Shown here: positions 1-13,888 of the stretch, piece after piece
Numbering within the stretch: position 1 is the first letter of the stretch
How the letters are laid out: each line of letters opens with the position of its first letter
Assembly (NCBI GenBank): GCA_030141605.1
Contig: JAQGDQ010000424.1
Location: 124,001 to 188,000 of the forward strand
Source of the DNA: Tubiluchus corallicola
Lineage: Eukaryota > Animalia > Priapulida
Length of the DNA stretch: 64,000 bases
Reading direction: 5' to 3'
Notes under the pieces: generated by a model
Databases searched by the model: none
Told to the model about the DNA's origin: nothing
What the model saw: only the letters and a program-made list of their open reading frames with translations
Program-made: the position numbers and the translations under genes

Positions 1-188
1 TTTTAAAAATTGTGCACAGAAATCACAGCTAAACTGTGCTAATTGCATGACCTTTCAAATGTTTTGATGATAAAGAACGAATGCGGTTGAAGTGCTGAAT
101 TATTCGAATCTATAGTTTTAGGTTCGAATCGATTTCGAACTAAAAAAACTCGTTTGAATCAAATGTGAACATTCGATTCTCACCCCTA
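1..188. mobile_element. End of a dispersed MITE-like repeat (other copies about 10770-11137 and, inverted, 40231-40530)
   Basis: Shared terminus cattcgattctcacccct(a) and internal ttcgaatc-rich sequence in three places. Confidence 0.6.
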
Positions 189-1111
189 TTTGCGACCTTG
201 CTGGCCATGGGCCTTATATGGAGATTAAATTTAAATTTGCGCAATTTTATTAAACTGAAAACCGTTTCTAGACCTCTTCTGAAGGCTTAGTTAATTAGGT
301 AAACATTTCTCGAAGGCTCTAAGCACTGTAAATTCGGTTTTGTATAAAGCACATTTGTGTGTTTGAGTAACCACATGCTGTCATCTCCGCTGTCTCAAGC
401 CATAATGTTTGGAAAAAAATCAATACATTCAACAACAAACAAAAAAGAGAGGCACTAATGAACCCAGTTGACAAAAGAACAATAGCATCTTTAAATCGGG
501 TGTAGCCAGATTTGAACACTTTTTCACTACTAGGTGGAGCCGCCGCCTTCAATTGCTCGCTATATCAAATCGGAACAAAGTCATTCATTGCTTACGATAG
601 CAGCGTGACGAATTTGCGCATTGCATTCAATTTCAAATCAAGAAATCGATATCATTGGCAAAAAAGCTATCCCCTCGAAAGAACAGATGGAAATGTGAAA
701 GTTGTGCACAGACCTGCTTCTATATTAAATTACTTTTCTGTTTTCGTTTCTCAGAGATCTTGCGTTATAAACACGAGACAGTAAATTTTGACTTCCTGAT
801 GTTCACTATTGGTGTCGAGAACAAGGATAAAATTGTTTTTATTTTTCGTTTAATGCATTAGACTGAATATTTTTATCTGAAGTTTGTTCTAGAAAAGTAT
901 TATTAGTGTTTGATGTCCATTGTCATGTCACCTGTATATATTTGTAAATAAAAGCAATAAACAAATGAGCTAAAACATCTTGATGCACTTATTTACATTA
1001 TCACTTCATAACATACAATCTGTAAATATATAAGTGTTAGTTGACGTCACAACATGTTACAATTCAACATTTAATCTTGGGAATTTCTACCCCGACACCT
1101 ACAGTGTCTTT

Positions 1112-1573
1112 ATTAAGTTAAGAGAAAGATTTGCCTCTAAATGTGAGGAAAACTAACTTTCCTTTAACTACAGTTAGTACATATCAAGTTAAGAGACAGT
1201 TTTGCCTCTAAATGTGGGGAAAACTAACTTTCCTTAGTAACTGTACGTACTAAGTTTAGAGATAGCTTTACCTCTAAATGTGGGGAAAACTTTACTTCCC
1301 TTTAACTACAGTTAGTACATATTAAGTTTAGAGATAGCTTTGTCTCTAAACGTGGGGAAAACTAACTTCCCTTTAACTACAGTTAGTACATATTAAGTTT
1401 AGAGATAGCTTTGTCTCTAAACGTGGGGAAAACTAACTTCCCTTTAACTACTGTTAGTACATATTAAGTTTAGAGATAGCTTTGCCTCTTAATGTGGGGA
1501 AAACATTACTTCCCTTTAACTACTGTTAGTACATATTAAGCTAAGAGATAGCTTTGCCTCTTAATGTGGGGAA
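1112..1573. repeat. 71-bp minisatellite, ~6.5 copies
   Basis: Unit attaagtttagagatagctttgcctctaaatgtggggaaaactaacttccctttaactacagttagtacat (copies start at 1321 and 1392). Confidence 0.92.
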
Positions 1574-2710
1574 AGACCTGCCCCGTCAACTTTCACGCCT
1601 GTCAGGTCTTTCCCAAAGAGTTATTTCCTGCTTTGGACTTTATACCAGGCCTATTCATTAAACAATTACACGGTTAATAATGCGATAAGACAGGTTTCCT
1701 ATCTACATACTTGTACAATAAAACTACAGAAGTAATTATGTACTCTTTCTTTAAGTGCTTCATACAGTTATTTATACATAGCAAATAGTAATTTGCTTAC
1801 TTCGGTAATGAGTTTCCGGCGGGAGTCATTAAGTGACGACTTATTGTACCTCGAGTCATTTATACCTGCTAACTTGGGCTTCACTCTGAAGTTATAAATT
1901 TGATCTTTATATCATATTTTCAATATATAGAGCCTATGTAATCATAGTGCTGTATGCCCGTCTTATTAATTATATGATAATCTGTGTCATAAGTGTTTAT
2001 CTAATTTAATTTAACAGCGTATTTTATTCACAGCTGAATGTTTCAATCAGCAACTTATAGACGTAAGCATTTTCCATTTCTTCCTATAAATGAAACTAGA
2101 GTATATATTACCACTAATTCACTTGCAATTTCAATAGACCATAATAAAATCTAGAACCAGGCCAATATTTCTCCCTCCAACTAATGAAAAGTTTAGCATT
2201 TTCCATAACAGTATTAGACGGAGCTGTAGCTAAATGCCCCGAACGTGCCTGTGTCAAGTAAGCTCTGGAGGGGCGTGAAATATATTGCATGCTGATTGGG
2301 CAGTCTAACATAATTGACATTATGTTAGACATCAGTTGTCTAATGCAACCAACTCTCTCATTGTTTTTACATGTGTAGGCAAACCAAATCCAGTTAATGA
2401 TGTTACTCAGACACACGGGCGTGTCAAGACTTTACGACGCCCTAGGCTGATAGTTCTGTGCCCCCCGTTTCCATTGTGAATTTATGGTTGTTTATGTAAT
2501 GAGCAGATTAAACAATTACTTGTGGTGTGTTAGAAACACTATTAATCTAGTTTTCGTAACGGTACAACACGATAACATTTGCGATTGAGCCAACTTGGCA
2601 CGAATTCATGCTCTTGTTACTAATTAAACTGAGATTTTCTGTTACTTAATTCTGGCCAGGGCTTTTGTTACGAGGTTTTATTTGATGAATTTCTATCTTT
2701 TACATTTCAG

Positions 2711-2783
2711 TGCAGAGATTTGTACAATGCAATCAAAGGTGCAATGGAGAGAGCTGCTGCTCGATGCAACAATCCCATGCCAG
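2711..2783 (+). CDS. MADD: MADD / Rab3 GDP-GTP exchange factor, internal exon (first visible; upstream exons not found in the window)
   Basis: Acceptor tacatttcag, donor gtgagt. Translates CRDLYNAIKGAMERAAARCNNPMP(G), matching the MADD C-terminal CRELYYCVKDSMERAAAR segment. Phase 1 joins the next exon. Confidence 0.92.
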
Positions 2784-2793
2784 GTGAGTAAAC

Positions 2794-2850
<57 letters not shown>

Positions 2851-3338
2851 CTTGTCGTTTAGAATTGATGCTTTCTAGCATTTCTCGTCAGTCAGCTTTA
2901 ACGAAAGAAACCGACACATTTCCTGTATAAAGTTGTAAAAAACTCGACAAATGCGATAGTTATGTCATTAATTATTGCACAAGATTTCGCATGAAACTTT
3001 TTGCAATAATTTTTTTTACTAATGTTTGAATTCTACATTTTCTTTCGCATTGTTTGACTTTTTTATCTCTTTTCCCTGTTTCTCTCTCCCGCTGTTTCCT
3101 TTTCTTCGTTGGCCCTCCTCCTTTTTCTTTCCCTCAGTTTGTCTTTTTTGTCTTTCTCTTTTTTCCCCTTTTTTATCTGTCTTTATTCCCTTTCTTCTTC
3201 TTTTTTCTATTTCTGTTGTTTTATTCCTGTCTGCGCTCTAATATCACCTATAATGTCAAGTTTATGTGATTGGGAAATTCTGAAACTTCCTACAAATCAC
3301 TCATTACTTGGAAGACGTTGTAAATTATTTTTCTGCAG

Positions 3339-3445
3339 GTCCGGAACTGGGCGGGGAATTTCCTGTGCAAGACATGAAAACGGGAGAAGGCGGATTACTC
3401 CAGGTGACGACGAAGGGCGTCGGTTTGCTCTTTGCAGACAGCAAG
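3339..3445 (+). CDS. MADD: MADD exon
   Basis: Acceptor ttctgcag, donor gtgggt. (G)PELGGEFPVQDMKTGEGGLLQVTTKGVGLLFADSK is the diagnostic MADD GPELGGEFPVQDxKTGEGGLLQV motif. Confidence 0.95.
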
Positions 3446-3753
3446 GTGGGTGATTTTCTACCGCGATGTTCCATCCCTCCTGTCGGAATTAATCTTCTTT
3501 CAAATTTCGCTGTTCAGTTTGAGAATAATTATAAATATTTGTGTGGTATGTGTCTCTGCTGTAAATTTGAATGAGTGTAATTACCAGAGAGTATTCGATA
3601 AATTACACTTTCCTTCGAAGTGACGCACTTAGGGCACCCCTTACATGTAATATATTGTTAACATGAATACAACATTTTGCGTTTTTTATGTAGGCCATTT
3701 ACAGTAACCGTAACCATCTATACCTGTTAGCAACGGTAAAGTACAAGTTTGTA

Positions 3754-5211
3754 CAGGTAGTAGTCAATTTGCGACTGTTCGATTTTAGGACATAATTAGT
3801 AATTAAAACTAATAATAACTCATACACTTATATCTCCGACAACAGAGGGGAATTTGGCAATTGTCGGTATTTATTGATATTAAGCTAACACAGTAGCATG
3901 ACGCATAGTAATGTAGAATCAATCGTCTAATTGTCTGAAAAACGTCTAGTACGGCCCCGTTCCTGATATATAAGCTACGCACGTGTTGTTACACGCTGCT
4001 TGGTTACATTGATGTAATGATGTAAACAAGGTGACGGCCTGCCAACTAGCGCTCAGCTCGCAACACAACAGACTGTGTCCGTAGTATGCGGGACTTTGTA
4101 ACCGTGCAAATTTTGTCCGTTTCTTCCGATATTCGTAAAAGTGAAGTCCGGCATGCCGTGATATGGTTGTGTTTCCTTTTTCCTTTGAGCAAATTAATTT
4201 TAAATCGTTATCCGTTGTGACAAATTCATCTTTAGGCTCCTCCATACTCAACACGAGCATACATACAAAATCTTACATGCAGGGATGCACCATTTGAACA
4301 TACGGGTCCGACCATAGACATCTGTTGGTCTGACCATAGACATGTATCGGTCCGATCATAGACATTTATCGGTCCGACCATAGACATCTATTGATCCGAC
4401 CATAGACATTTATCGGTCCACCATAGACATCTATTGGTCTGACCATAGACATCTGTCGGTCCGACCATAGACATTTATTGGTCCGACCATAGACATGTAT
4501 CGGTGCAACCATAGACATTTATCGGTCCGACCATAGACATTTATCGGTCAGACCATAGACATCTATTGATCCGACCATAGACATTTATCGGTCCACCATA
4601 GACATCTATTGGTCTGACCATAGACATCTGTCGGTCCGACCATAGACATTTATTGGTCCGACCATAGACATCTATTGGTCCGACCATAGACATGTATCGG
4701 TCCGATCATAGACATTTATCGGTCCGACCATAGACATCTATTGATCCGACCATAGACATTTATCGGTCCACCATAGACATCTATTGGTCTGACCATAGAC
4801 ATCTGTCGGTCCGACCATAGACATTTATTGGTCCGACCATAGACATGTATCGGTGCGACCATAGACATTTATCGGTCCGACCATAGACATTTATCGGTCC
4901 GACCATAGACATCTATTGATCCGACCATAGACATTTATCGGTCCACCATAGACATCTATTGGTCTGACCATAGACATCTGTCGGTCCGACCATAGACATT
5001 TATTGGTCCGACCATAGACATCTATTGGTCTGACCATAGACATTTATTTGTCCGACCAGAGACATCTATTGAACCGACCATAAACATCTATTGGACCGAC
5101 CATAGACATCTGTATGTCCGACCTTAGACATCTACTGGTCAGACTTGTGTGAAAGTCATCTTACGACAAATTCACCGGAACAGACTGTGGTCGTAAGTTG
5201 ACAACTACCTG
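3754..5211. mobile_element. Non-autonomous Tc1/mariner-pogo-like TIR element enclosing the 22-bp minisatellite
   Basis: TA|caggtagtagtcaatttgcgac ... gtcgtaagttgacaactacctg|TA: imperfect 22-bp TIRs with a TA duplication. Confidence 0.6.
4305..5142. repeat. 22-bp minisatellite, ~38 copies, with higher-order structure
   Basis: Unit gtccgaccatagacatttatcg. A 1-bp-deleted variant recurs every 175 bp. Confidence 0.95.
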
Positions 5212-6579
5212 TACCCTGCCTTTTGGAAAATAGAATTTTAAGTTAGCTCTCATAACGCGACCGGTATTTCGGCATTCCATCAAAGCAAACTCCTCTTAGG
5301 TTAAAGCTGCAGCTTTTGACGAAAACCATTAACTCCACCGCATCTGGTTTTTTCTCACGTTTTGCAACATTAAGTGCTGTTAGTTTTAGGAACCGCTTAA
5401 CAGTAAGTGCAGTTGCGTTAGGGAATCCTACCGATGATCCATTTGAAATTTTTGCTTCAAAACAACTAAAAAACTTTCAGTTTCTTAGCATGGCTGCTTT
5501 TTATTTTGGTATTTTGTGTTTTTAATTTGCCACTTTTTTCGCGTATTCTGCGTTTTTTTTCCTACGGGCCGTTACTATGGTAACCATTACAAGCTGAAGT
5601 GTGAGCGTTTTCCGGTATCATTTGTTTGACTTTTGTTTCTTGTGGGGCTGTTGTTTTCATCGATTTTTTGAAAATCTACACCCACGCAGATTTCATCTAT
5701 ATTGATAAACGCTTCTTGTTAGTGTGGTTAGATAAACAATCAACGATATTGATTCATTATTTCTTTGCTTCTGTAGTTGAACCTGTCTTATTAGTACAAC
5801 TGTAATGCCAATTTGACAAGTTGATTTACAGTGAATCAAAATTAGAAGGACATCATTAGTGTCTTTCTTTTTAAATTTTGCTAACGCAATTAGTTCTGCA
5901 ACATAACATGACCGTTTGATTATGTGAAGGGTTTTGTGACAGATCTGTTCAATCCTCCTGAGAGGCACCATTTCCCTTAGATGTGTGGCTTCTTTTAAGG
6001 AGGATGCTCAGATTTTCCATTTAGAATTTCATTAGAGAAATTAAGCAAGGACTGCCTAATGAATTTCTGTCGTTGTTGAGCTGTGTCGCAGTTTTTTACT
6101 GAAGGAAATTTTTGTGCAAAATAATTGAATTTGTTGAGAAAAGTTTATTTGTTCATTGTGTTGTATAAAAATGCATGTGCGTGCGAGGGTGTGCTCATGC
6201 ACCTGTATGTGTGTGTGTGTGTGAGGGTGTGCTCATGCACCTGTATGCATGTGCGTGTGTGTGAGGGTGTGCGCATGCACCTGTGTGTGTATGTCTTCCT
6301 CAAGGTGATTAGAAAATGTAAAAATGCCGTAATTGTGGTTACGAAGCCACTACAAAGTACTAGGGACCCTTTTCACACCTTAATCTCTTTTTCTTTTTGT
6401 TTTTAACGCTTCGTTTCGCTATGACAGGAATTTGAGGTATAAAACGACATCGTATGGTGTCCACCCGTTGCATGTTGCAAGTGTAATTTTGGTTTAGGCA
6501 TATTGTACAATTGTCTGTGTGCTGCAGTAGGTTTCCCCCCTATGCACGTGGTGTACATAGTGATGCAAAGTTTTCTTGC

Positions 6580-6793
6580 ATATTGTTCAAAACAATGTAG
6601 CACGCGTTTGCACATATTGTTCAAAACATTGTAGCACGCGTTCGCACATATTGTTCAAAACAATGTAGCACGCGTTCGCACATATTGTTCAAAACAATGT
6701 AGCACGCGTTCGCACATATTGTTCAAAACAATGTAGCAAGCGTTCGCACATATTGTTCAAAACAATGTAGCACGCGTTCGCACAATATTGTTC
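6580..6793. repeat. 34-bp minisatellite, ~6 copies
   Basis: Unit atattgttcaaaacaatgtagcacgcgttcgcac. Confidence 0.92.
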
Positions 6794-6824
6794 ACTTTTG
6801 TCTAATAATGCATACAACTGAATA

Positions 6825-7291
6825 CAGTCAACCTAAGGTACTAGGTACTCGCTTATAACGGACATTCACTTATAATGGACCATCAACTCCGGTCCCGATT
6901 TTTCGTAACGTCTTTCTTATGTAAAAGTCTTCGTATATAAGGTACTCGGATATAAGGGGCTTTCGGTTATAAGGGACGATATCTTCAGGTCCCGCGTAGT
7001 AGAAACCTAGGTAAATTACCTCGCATATAAGGGACCCAATGATCAAAGTGAAATCGGCCTTCGAACAGCTCAGTTTCACCTCACATTACTGAAGGTGCTT
7101 CCTACATGCCATTTGCACTGAATGTGTAGCAATAATGTATAAAATATGGGTAAAACTACAGAAAAGTACAGGTCCAGATACACGTAACACCCCCCCCCCC
7201 TGCCTGACTCAGCTTCGACTATAAGGGATATTGGAACCAAGGGACGGTTTTTTCCAGTCCCGAGGTGTCCCTTTTATCCAAGGTTGCCTGT
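6825..7291. mobile_element. pogo/Tigger-like MITE
   Basis: TA|cagtcaacct ... aggttgcctg|TA termini with internal tataaggg sub-repeats. Second copy at 23421-23890. Confidence 0.8.
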
Positions 7292-9626
7292 ACATGCTAC
7301 GCGTTTTCTACATGGGGAGATCGTATTGAAGGCTGAAAATTATCTCTTATTCTGCCAATTTTTGTATTTTTGGTCAAAATCCAAAATTGTTGCATAATTG
7401 CAGTAAATTATTATTAATACGCACTTAAATTAGTTACTATAACACCAAAAGTGGCACTAATAAGTGTAGAATTAAATTTTTTAAAACAAAGTAAAATGTG
7501 ACTAGCTTGTGCAGAATTAAGGCTCATCGTTGTCACGACAAACATTTTTTGGATATCGGTGCTTTTTTTCAAGAGACTGCGACCAGTATACTTCAGACTA
7601 CAATGAAGTCAAAGTTTATTTACTTCAATGATTAGCAGTAATATTGTGAATGTTTTCAGTGCACAATTTTTCATATAATCATTGATTATCGAATAGTCTC
7701 TTTTTCGTACGGTGTGAGACCTCAAATTGTCTTGTATTTTGATAGTTATTTAACATACGGCAACCCTGACTGAAAATGTCGTAATTACTTTCTTGTGAAA
7801 TCGTAGTTTAATGTACCGCAATTGGGTTGCCGGCTGCATAAAGTACAAATGCACACGAGTTTGAGCATTGTTAGGCATTGTTTCTGTTCTGTGTGTTGTT
7901 TGCAGAATGTCAGTGGTCGCAATGCATGTCACTACGTGACTTTGTTGTCATTAATTCAGGGAGGCCCGCAAAGATCCTTATTTTTTGTACAAGGCTGTAT
8001 TTTTGCGATTCGTGCATTAATGCATTTGCAAGCCCAAGGCATCTGCGACATTTTAGAATAGTAGGCCTTTTAACAATTTCTTTGTGCACCCACGCAGTTG
8101 CTGTAGGTCAAAGGTTAAGTGTACCACAGAAAACGCGTCTTAACTACAACCGTCACGTCTCATGTGGGCAGAGCTGAGCCGTCTGACGTATCAGCTCAAT
8201 ACTTCAGTTGTTTTACGTGGACTTTAATTAATTATGCATTAGACCATGCGTAGAGTTATTTACTAGCAGGAACTTACTTGGGAACAAGAAAAAATGAACT
8301 AGGTAAGGTTCTAGCTAGCTGCTAAAACTGTTGCTATTACAATGGCATGGGCTGAGAGGCGTTGTCAAGTGTACACAAATGCGTTGTCTGGTACACTTAA
8401 CCTTTGACCTTTTTGCGATCATCATCAATCACTGGAACTGTGAAAAGGCTTAATGTAATGGCACTATGTTTATTGTTGATTCAGTGCTACTAACAAAGCA
8501 CACAGTTTTAGACAATAACTACATATGATTTATAGTCTAAAATATCTTCAGCACAACCATTGCTTTTTGTTAAGTAAAGCATTATTACCTCGGGTCCCGA
8601 ACTCCCGTGATTTCTTAAATAGTCACACTCGCAACTTACATGTGCTGTCCGCTCCTACTTAGTTGGGCAACAACGCCTTTTCTTGCATACGAATTGGATA
8701 AAAAATGGGCGCTGCACCAGATGTGCAAACGCACAATGTAGTCATGATACTCTCATGTGTTTTACCATCAGTATGACGCAGTAGTGCTACATTGCTGTCT
8801 TTGCTAAACTGAAATACATGCAAAATTTCTCTAACTGGAAATTTGTCTTCCAGCAATGACGTCATTACAAATCGTGTTGTTGAACCAGTGATTAAGCTTT
8901 AAAGCTAATGTTTGAACATAACAAACTCCTTTTTTTAATGAATTGAATAATTTAGAGCATAAGTCTAATTAAGCTAATGTTTAAAAACACTGTGTTTATT
9001 CATTATGTAAGACACGATTAGATAGTTGGTTAGTTAGTAGTCAAGTCACGTAGATGGCATGGGTAGGTGCACATAGGCACGGCTCATCAATCAATGTTTT
9101 CTAATGCATAAGCAACATTACGTATGCACTATGAAGTATGTTTATGACAAAAGTGCAATTACGTTACAATACTTTTCACTTTGTTACTACATATAGTCGA
9201 GTTGCACTTTTGCAAGTGCAACCAAAATGTGCTCAAACAATGGTGCGCGCAACTTTTAAATGTGTACCATCGTTCACCAGGGGCTCTTGAAAAAATTAAG
9301 ACCCTTCCTAAGTTTTGCCGGGAAACCATTCGAGGATTTCCGTAGTTAAAGTGTTGCTTATGTGTGTAGTCTCAAAGCACAAAATTTAATATCTTTTGAT
9401 GAGGGTCTTGGAAGTAGAGTTAACAAAGGAGTTTTGTATTCTTACAAAAAAACATACAATAGTGTTACTATGGTAGCATTGCATTACCATAACGAATGAA
9501 GATAAACCATATTGCTGGAGAAGCTACACAAGTGAAATTTATGCGATGAAGATGAATTTTGACTATTTTTAAGTTGCAAAAACTTCACACATTTTTATAG
9601 TTTTGTTGGGCCTAATGTAATATTTA

Positions 9627-10098
9627 CAGGGTCCTCACAGTCAGGGAATCCAGGCTATCCTTGAAAATACAGGCTATCCTGGAAGACAGTTTTGGTAAAG
9701 ACAATTTTGGTAAAAGTCATGGAAAATGATGAAAATGGTGCGAAAAGTCAGGGAAATTGGAATATTTTTGGAACCGTGAACTGATATTTTTCCAACCATA
9801 TTTCCCAGTGAATGATGCTCAAACAAAATTTTGCTATGGCAGGCTCCCAGTTTCAATTTCTGTTCCAAAAATAATGATTGGATTAAGAAAGTTTATTTAA
9901 TGTGATTAGTGTAGTTTATTTAGCGCTACTGGAACTGTGCCTACATGCCAGTATATGTAATGTTAGATTGGTCCATAGGCAGACATGTTTGAATATGTAT
10001 ACTGGTAATGCTATTTCTGTTTATCTTGGTCATGGAAAATCAACATTTGGTCAGGGAAAAGTCAGGGAGGTTTATTTTGAAATTCCGTGATAACCCTG
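9627..10098. mobile_element. MITE with CAGGGT...ACCCTG termini
   Basis: cagggtcctcacagtcagggaa ... ttccgtgataaccctg, with repeated aaagtcagggaa subterminal motifs. Confidence 0.55.
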
Positions 10099-11139
10099 AA
10101 TTTGCATCACCTATTTTTTCTGCATAAGATTTTGAGTGATTTAAAAATTTTAATTGTTTTTTTCTAAATACGAGTCTCGTGTATTTTTTAACGTTGCGTG
10201 ATTTCTTAGATGGCTTGTGCAAAATTGGAGCACTAAAGTTTTGTTTTGGCCCCCAGCTTTGTTCATAAATTGCTTTGTGTTGTTGCAGTGAAGCATCTTT
10301 GCTTTTGGGTTTTTTATTTGCATTGTGAAATTGCTTCGTTTTGATTACATGCATGACTTTGCACGTGTGCTGTGCGCAGTTAGTATACGATTAGTTGCAG
10401 GTTATATAATTTCCGTTCTTTTTTATTTTGCCCACTTGCTTGCCCGCTTGCTTGTTTGTCTGTTTAGTTTTTGTTTGAAAATATAAGGCACATTTTAATT
10501 CCTGACTGTGCCACATAGCGGTCATTTCATGTCACAGGTAACTGCAGTTTCTCATAACACCTGTGCATGCGTAGTCATAGATACGGGTATGATTACAGCA
10601 CTATAAACAGTCATAGATATGATTGCAGTTTGAGAAGCATGACAACAGCATTGTACCTAGTCATAGTCAGCAGACAATATCGTATTTTTGACCATCTCAC
10701 AGGAATGTGGTCACTAATGCGGTCAAATTGTCCCGTTAAAAGCGTTTGGCTTGTTATCAAATATTATACACAAATCTACCAGAAAACATTTTTTGAATCG
10801 AATTTTTGATGATTGAACTCGAATCAAATCGAATTTGAATTCGGTCGTAAAGATTTTCGAATACGTTTTCGAATCATTCATAGAAAAGCGGTCTCACAAA
10901 GATCATGCATATTGCTTTGTTTTATTCTGCAGTAAATGCACTAATAATTTGTTTAAAAATTTTGCACAGCAATATTGTGATAATTGCCTACCGTTTCAAA
11001 GGTTTTAATGATAAAGAACATATGAAGTTGAAGTGGTAAATTATTCAAATCTATGTTGGAATCGAATTTTAAATCAAAAAGTCACTTGACCCGAATTCGA
11101 ATGTTCAAATTCGATTTAAACATTCATTGCTCACCCCGC

Positions 11140-11910
11140 CGACTCTTCAATGCATTTGTAACTCGTATCTCATGTACAACTGTGAAATGTGAGGTTTAAC
11201 TGCAATACAGGAAACAGCAATAAATGTGTTTCACAGACGTCTGCTCAGAAATCTTAAAAATGAAATGGCCTTATATAATTTTAAATGAGCAGCTGTATAA
11301 CAGAACCAAAGAAGAATACTGGAGCACAAAAACCAGAATCAGAAGGCGAAGATAGGAGGGTAGGACATTTAATGATATTGCCAGAAACGACACCAGTAAG
11401 ATTAGCATTGAACATTGGAGCACTAAAATCAGAATCAGAAGACTAAGATGGGTTGGACATTTAATGAGATTGCCAGAAACAACGCCAGTAAGATTAGCAC
11501 TGAACATTGGAGCACTAAAATCAGAATCAGAAGACTAAGATGGGTAGGACATTTAATGAGATTGCCAGAAACAATGCCAGTAAGATTAGCACTGAACATT
11601 GGAGCACTAAAATCAGAATCAGAAGACTAAGATGGGTAGGACATTTAATGATATTGTCAGAAACAATACCAGTAAGATTAGCACTAAACGAGGCACTGAA
11701 ACCTGCTAACCGACCTCCAGGCAAAACCAAAAACAACCTAGATATCAAGAATTAATAAAAATTTACAACAGGTGGAACCAAACCTAACATTAGCATCACA
11801 GGAATTGAAAATTTTAGCTGCGGAGACAGGAAACAGCGGAGTGCTCTAATAAAGAACGGTGGTTCTATGTCTACAACAGATGTTTAGAGCAAGAGAAGAA
11901 GAAGAAGAAG
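11140..11910 (+). mobile_element. 3' fragment of a non-LTR retrotransposon (RTE-like) with an internal 92-bp x4 amplification and (GAA)n tail
   Basis: Frames give FHRRLLR..KWP..NEQLY..IRRLRWVGHLMRLPETxPVRLAL..RPPGK, typical of RTE ORF C-termini. Ends in agaagaagaagaaga. Confidence 0.75.
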
Positions 11911-11974
11911 ATGTTCACCCTTAGGCAGTTTCATACCACAGATACAATCTTCACAATAGATATGAGCATGGCTT

Positions 11975-12273
11975 CGTAAGTGGTCATAGATATGGTGATG
12001 TTACGAACGATTGCAGTGCTATGGGTACGATTACGTTTGCATACCATATCTATGACTATGGGATAACACTATGCCACTGATCGTAAGTGGGGATAGATAT
12101 GGTGATGTTACTAACGACTGCAGTGCTATGGCTGCGATTACGTATCTATGACTATGGGGTAACACTATGCCGCTGATCGTAAGTGGGGACAGATATGGTG
12201 ATGTTACTAACGACTGCAGTGCTATGGCTGCGATTACGTATCTATGACTATGGGGTAACACTATGCCGCTGAT
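11975..12273. repeat. ~96-bp tandem repeat, ~3 copies
   Basis: cgtaagtgg...gatatggtgatgttac...ctatgactatgggg...aacactatgccgctgat recurs (copies start at 12082 and 12178). Confidence 0.85.
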
Positions 12274-12580
12274 CTGAATTTCACATTATAGTTACGGTAT
12301 TTTTCAAGATTTGGTCATTGTGACCGCGGTGTCGTATGCAACTAATCGCCATGATTTCACAAATACCACCCACTGTACCCACCCACCCAGCTTAGATTCA
12401 GTTTTTAGTCAGTCTGTAGTAATCATTGGTTATTAATACACGGCAGTGCATGATGTACAACTGCTTAGAGTTTTACCACTGAAAGTTTGCATTGCAGATT
12501 GCACCGTGTGAGTAGATTATTTAAGATACATTGTGCTGTGATGATGCTGAGATATCGTAGTGCAGATATCAGCTGTGTTA

Positions 12581-12730
12581 GGACATCCGGAATGCATTGT
12601 CGCGTAAAAATCAATTTATATTGTTTTCAATGAGCCCGCTTATCAGACCTGCGTTATTTTTCTGCTTTTCCTATTGGACCGTTTATGCGCAGCTGGATGC
12701 AGAATGATGCGTAATGCATTCCGGATGTCC
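12581..12730. mobile_element. Small inverted-repeat element
   Basis: Perfect 18-bp inverted repeat ggacatccggaatgcatt ... aatgcattccggatgtcc. Confidence 0.65.
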
Positions 12731-13096
12731 GGTAAACGCCGCTTTAGAGTCGTTGGGCCATTTTTATAGAGCGGAGTAGTTTGCAGCATGTTTCAAGCAT
12801 TTTAATTATTAACTTGAACAGTATTTGACACTGCTATTTACAATATTATGATATTTAATAGTTTGCTTCCTTTGTCACCCTTAATTTGCTTGTCAAACTA
12901 ATTGGAATTATGAAACTTGTGTCAGGCATATTATTGTGATTGTAGCTTTTTCTGAATTTCTTTCATACATTGTTTAAGGTATTGTTGTTTGGACTGTTTT
13001 ACGTATATAACATGTACATAAGTAACTTTAATTACATACTGTTTTACGTATATAACATGTACATAAGTAGGTTTAATTACATTTTGTACTTTGCAG

Positions 13097-13169
13097 TTTT
13101 TCATCGAACTGAGTCACATTAAGAAATGCACCACTCTAAAGGGAGGAGTTTTTGTCTTGGAAGAGTACG
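13097..13169 (+). CDS. MADD: MADD exon
   Basis: Acceptor ctttgcag, donor gtgaga. FFIELSHIKKCTTLKGGVFVLEEY resembles MADD [22 protein letters not shown]. Phases 0 and 1 fit its neighbours. Confidence 0.93.
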
Positions 13170-13346
13170 GTGAGAGCACATAACATCTTTTCCATTGTTG
13201 AAATAGTTTTGAAGTACTGAAATTAAATGTACATTGAATAAGTTACAGCCTCTTCTGGTTTAATTATATTTATCTGGCAATATTTAATTAGTACAGCCAA
13301 ATCTCGCTGTAACGCCTCCCTCTTTTGTAATATCTACCTTGCTTAA

Positions 13347-13888
13347 AGGAAGACTGGACGATTGTTTAGACTCAATCTTATTTTATTTACTGTCCAAATT
13401 ATACATTTTCTTACCTATAAAAGTTAACAATTGTTTCTTATATTTGGATAATTAGGTTAGAAAGTTAATTAACAGCAACCGAACACAGCTATTGCTTACG
13501 TCAGAAACTAATCACAGTCTGTGCAATGGCAGGCATCTTCCCTTGCGCGTCAAGCACGTTTGCTTAAGTGTTACTACTTAAATGCATGATGTCACGAAAA
13601 TGGGCTCTAGATCATATGATGTCAGAAACTAACACTGCAGTTCATGATCATGGTTATCACGGTATCGCCTTCTATTTGTCGGCCACGTGAATGTGACAAA
13701 AAGGCGCCGTTGCCAATCCTATTAAACTCACTCAGCCGCGCGTAACTTTGAAAGTTTAACAAAATTTGAGTATCCGAGGTAATTATTATTTAGTCTAAGG
13801 TTTTATTTAAAATAAGCTATTGTAGTTTTCAATATTTTAGAGCATTCTTTACTCTGAACTAATGTATACACAATCAACCGGTTTTGCT
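13347..13888. mobile_element. TTAA-flanked MITE (Kolobok-like AGG...CCT ends), nested in an older pogo-like MITE (about 13293-14032)
   Basis: TTAA|aggaagactgg ... ccggttttgct|TTAA. A full-length related copy lies at 58296-58830. Confidence 0.8.
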
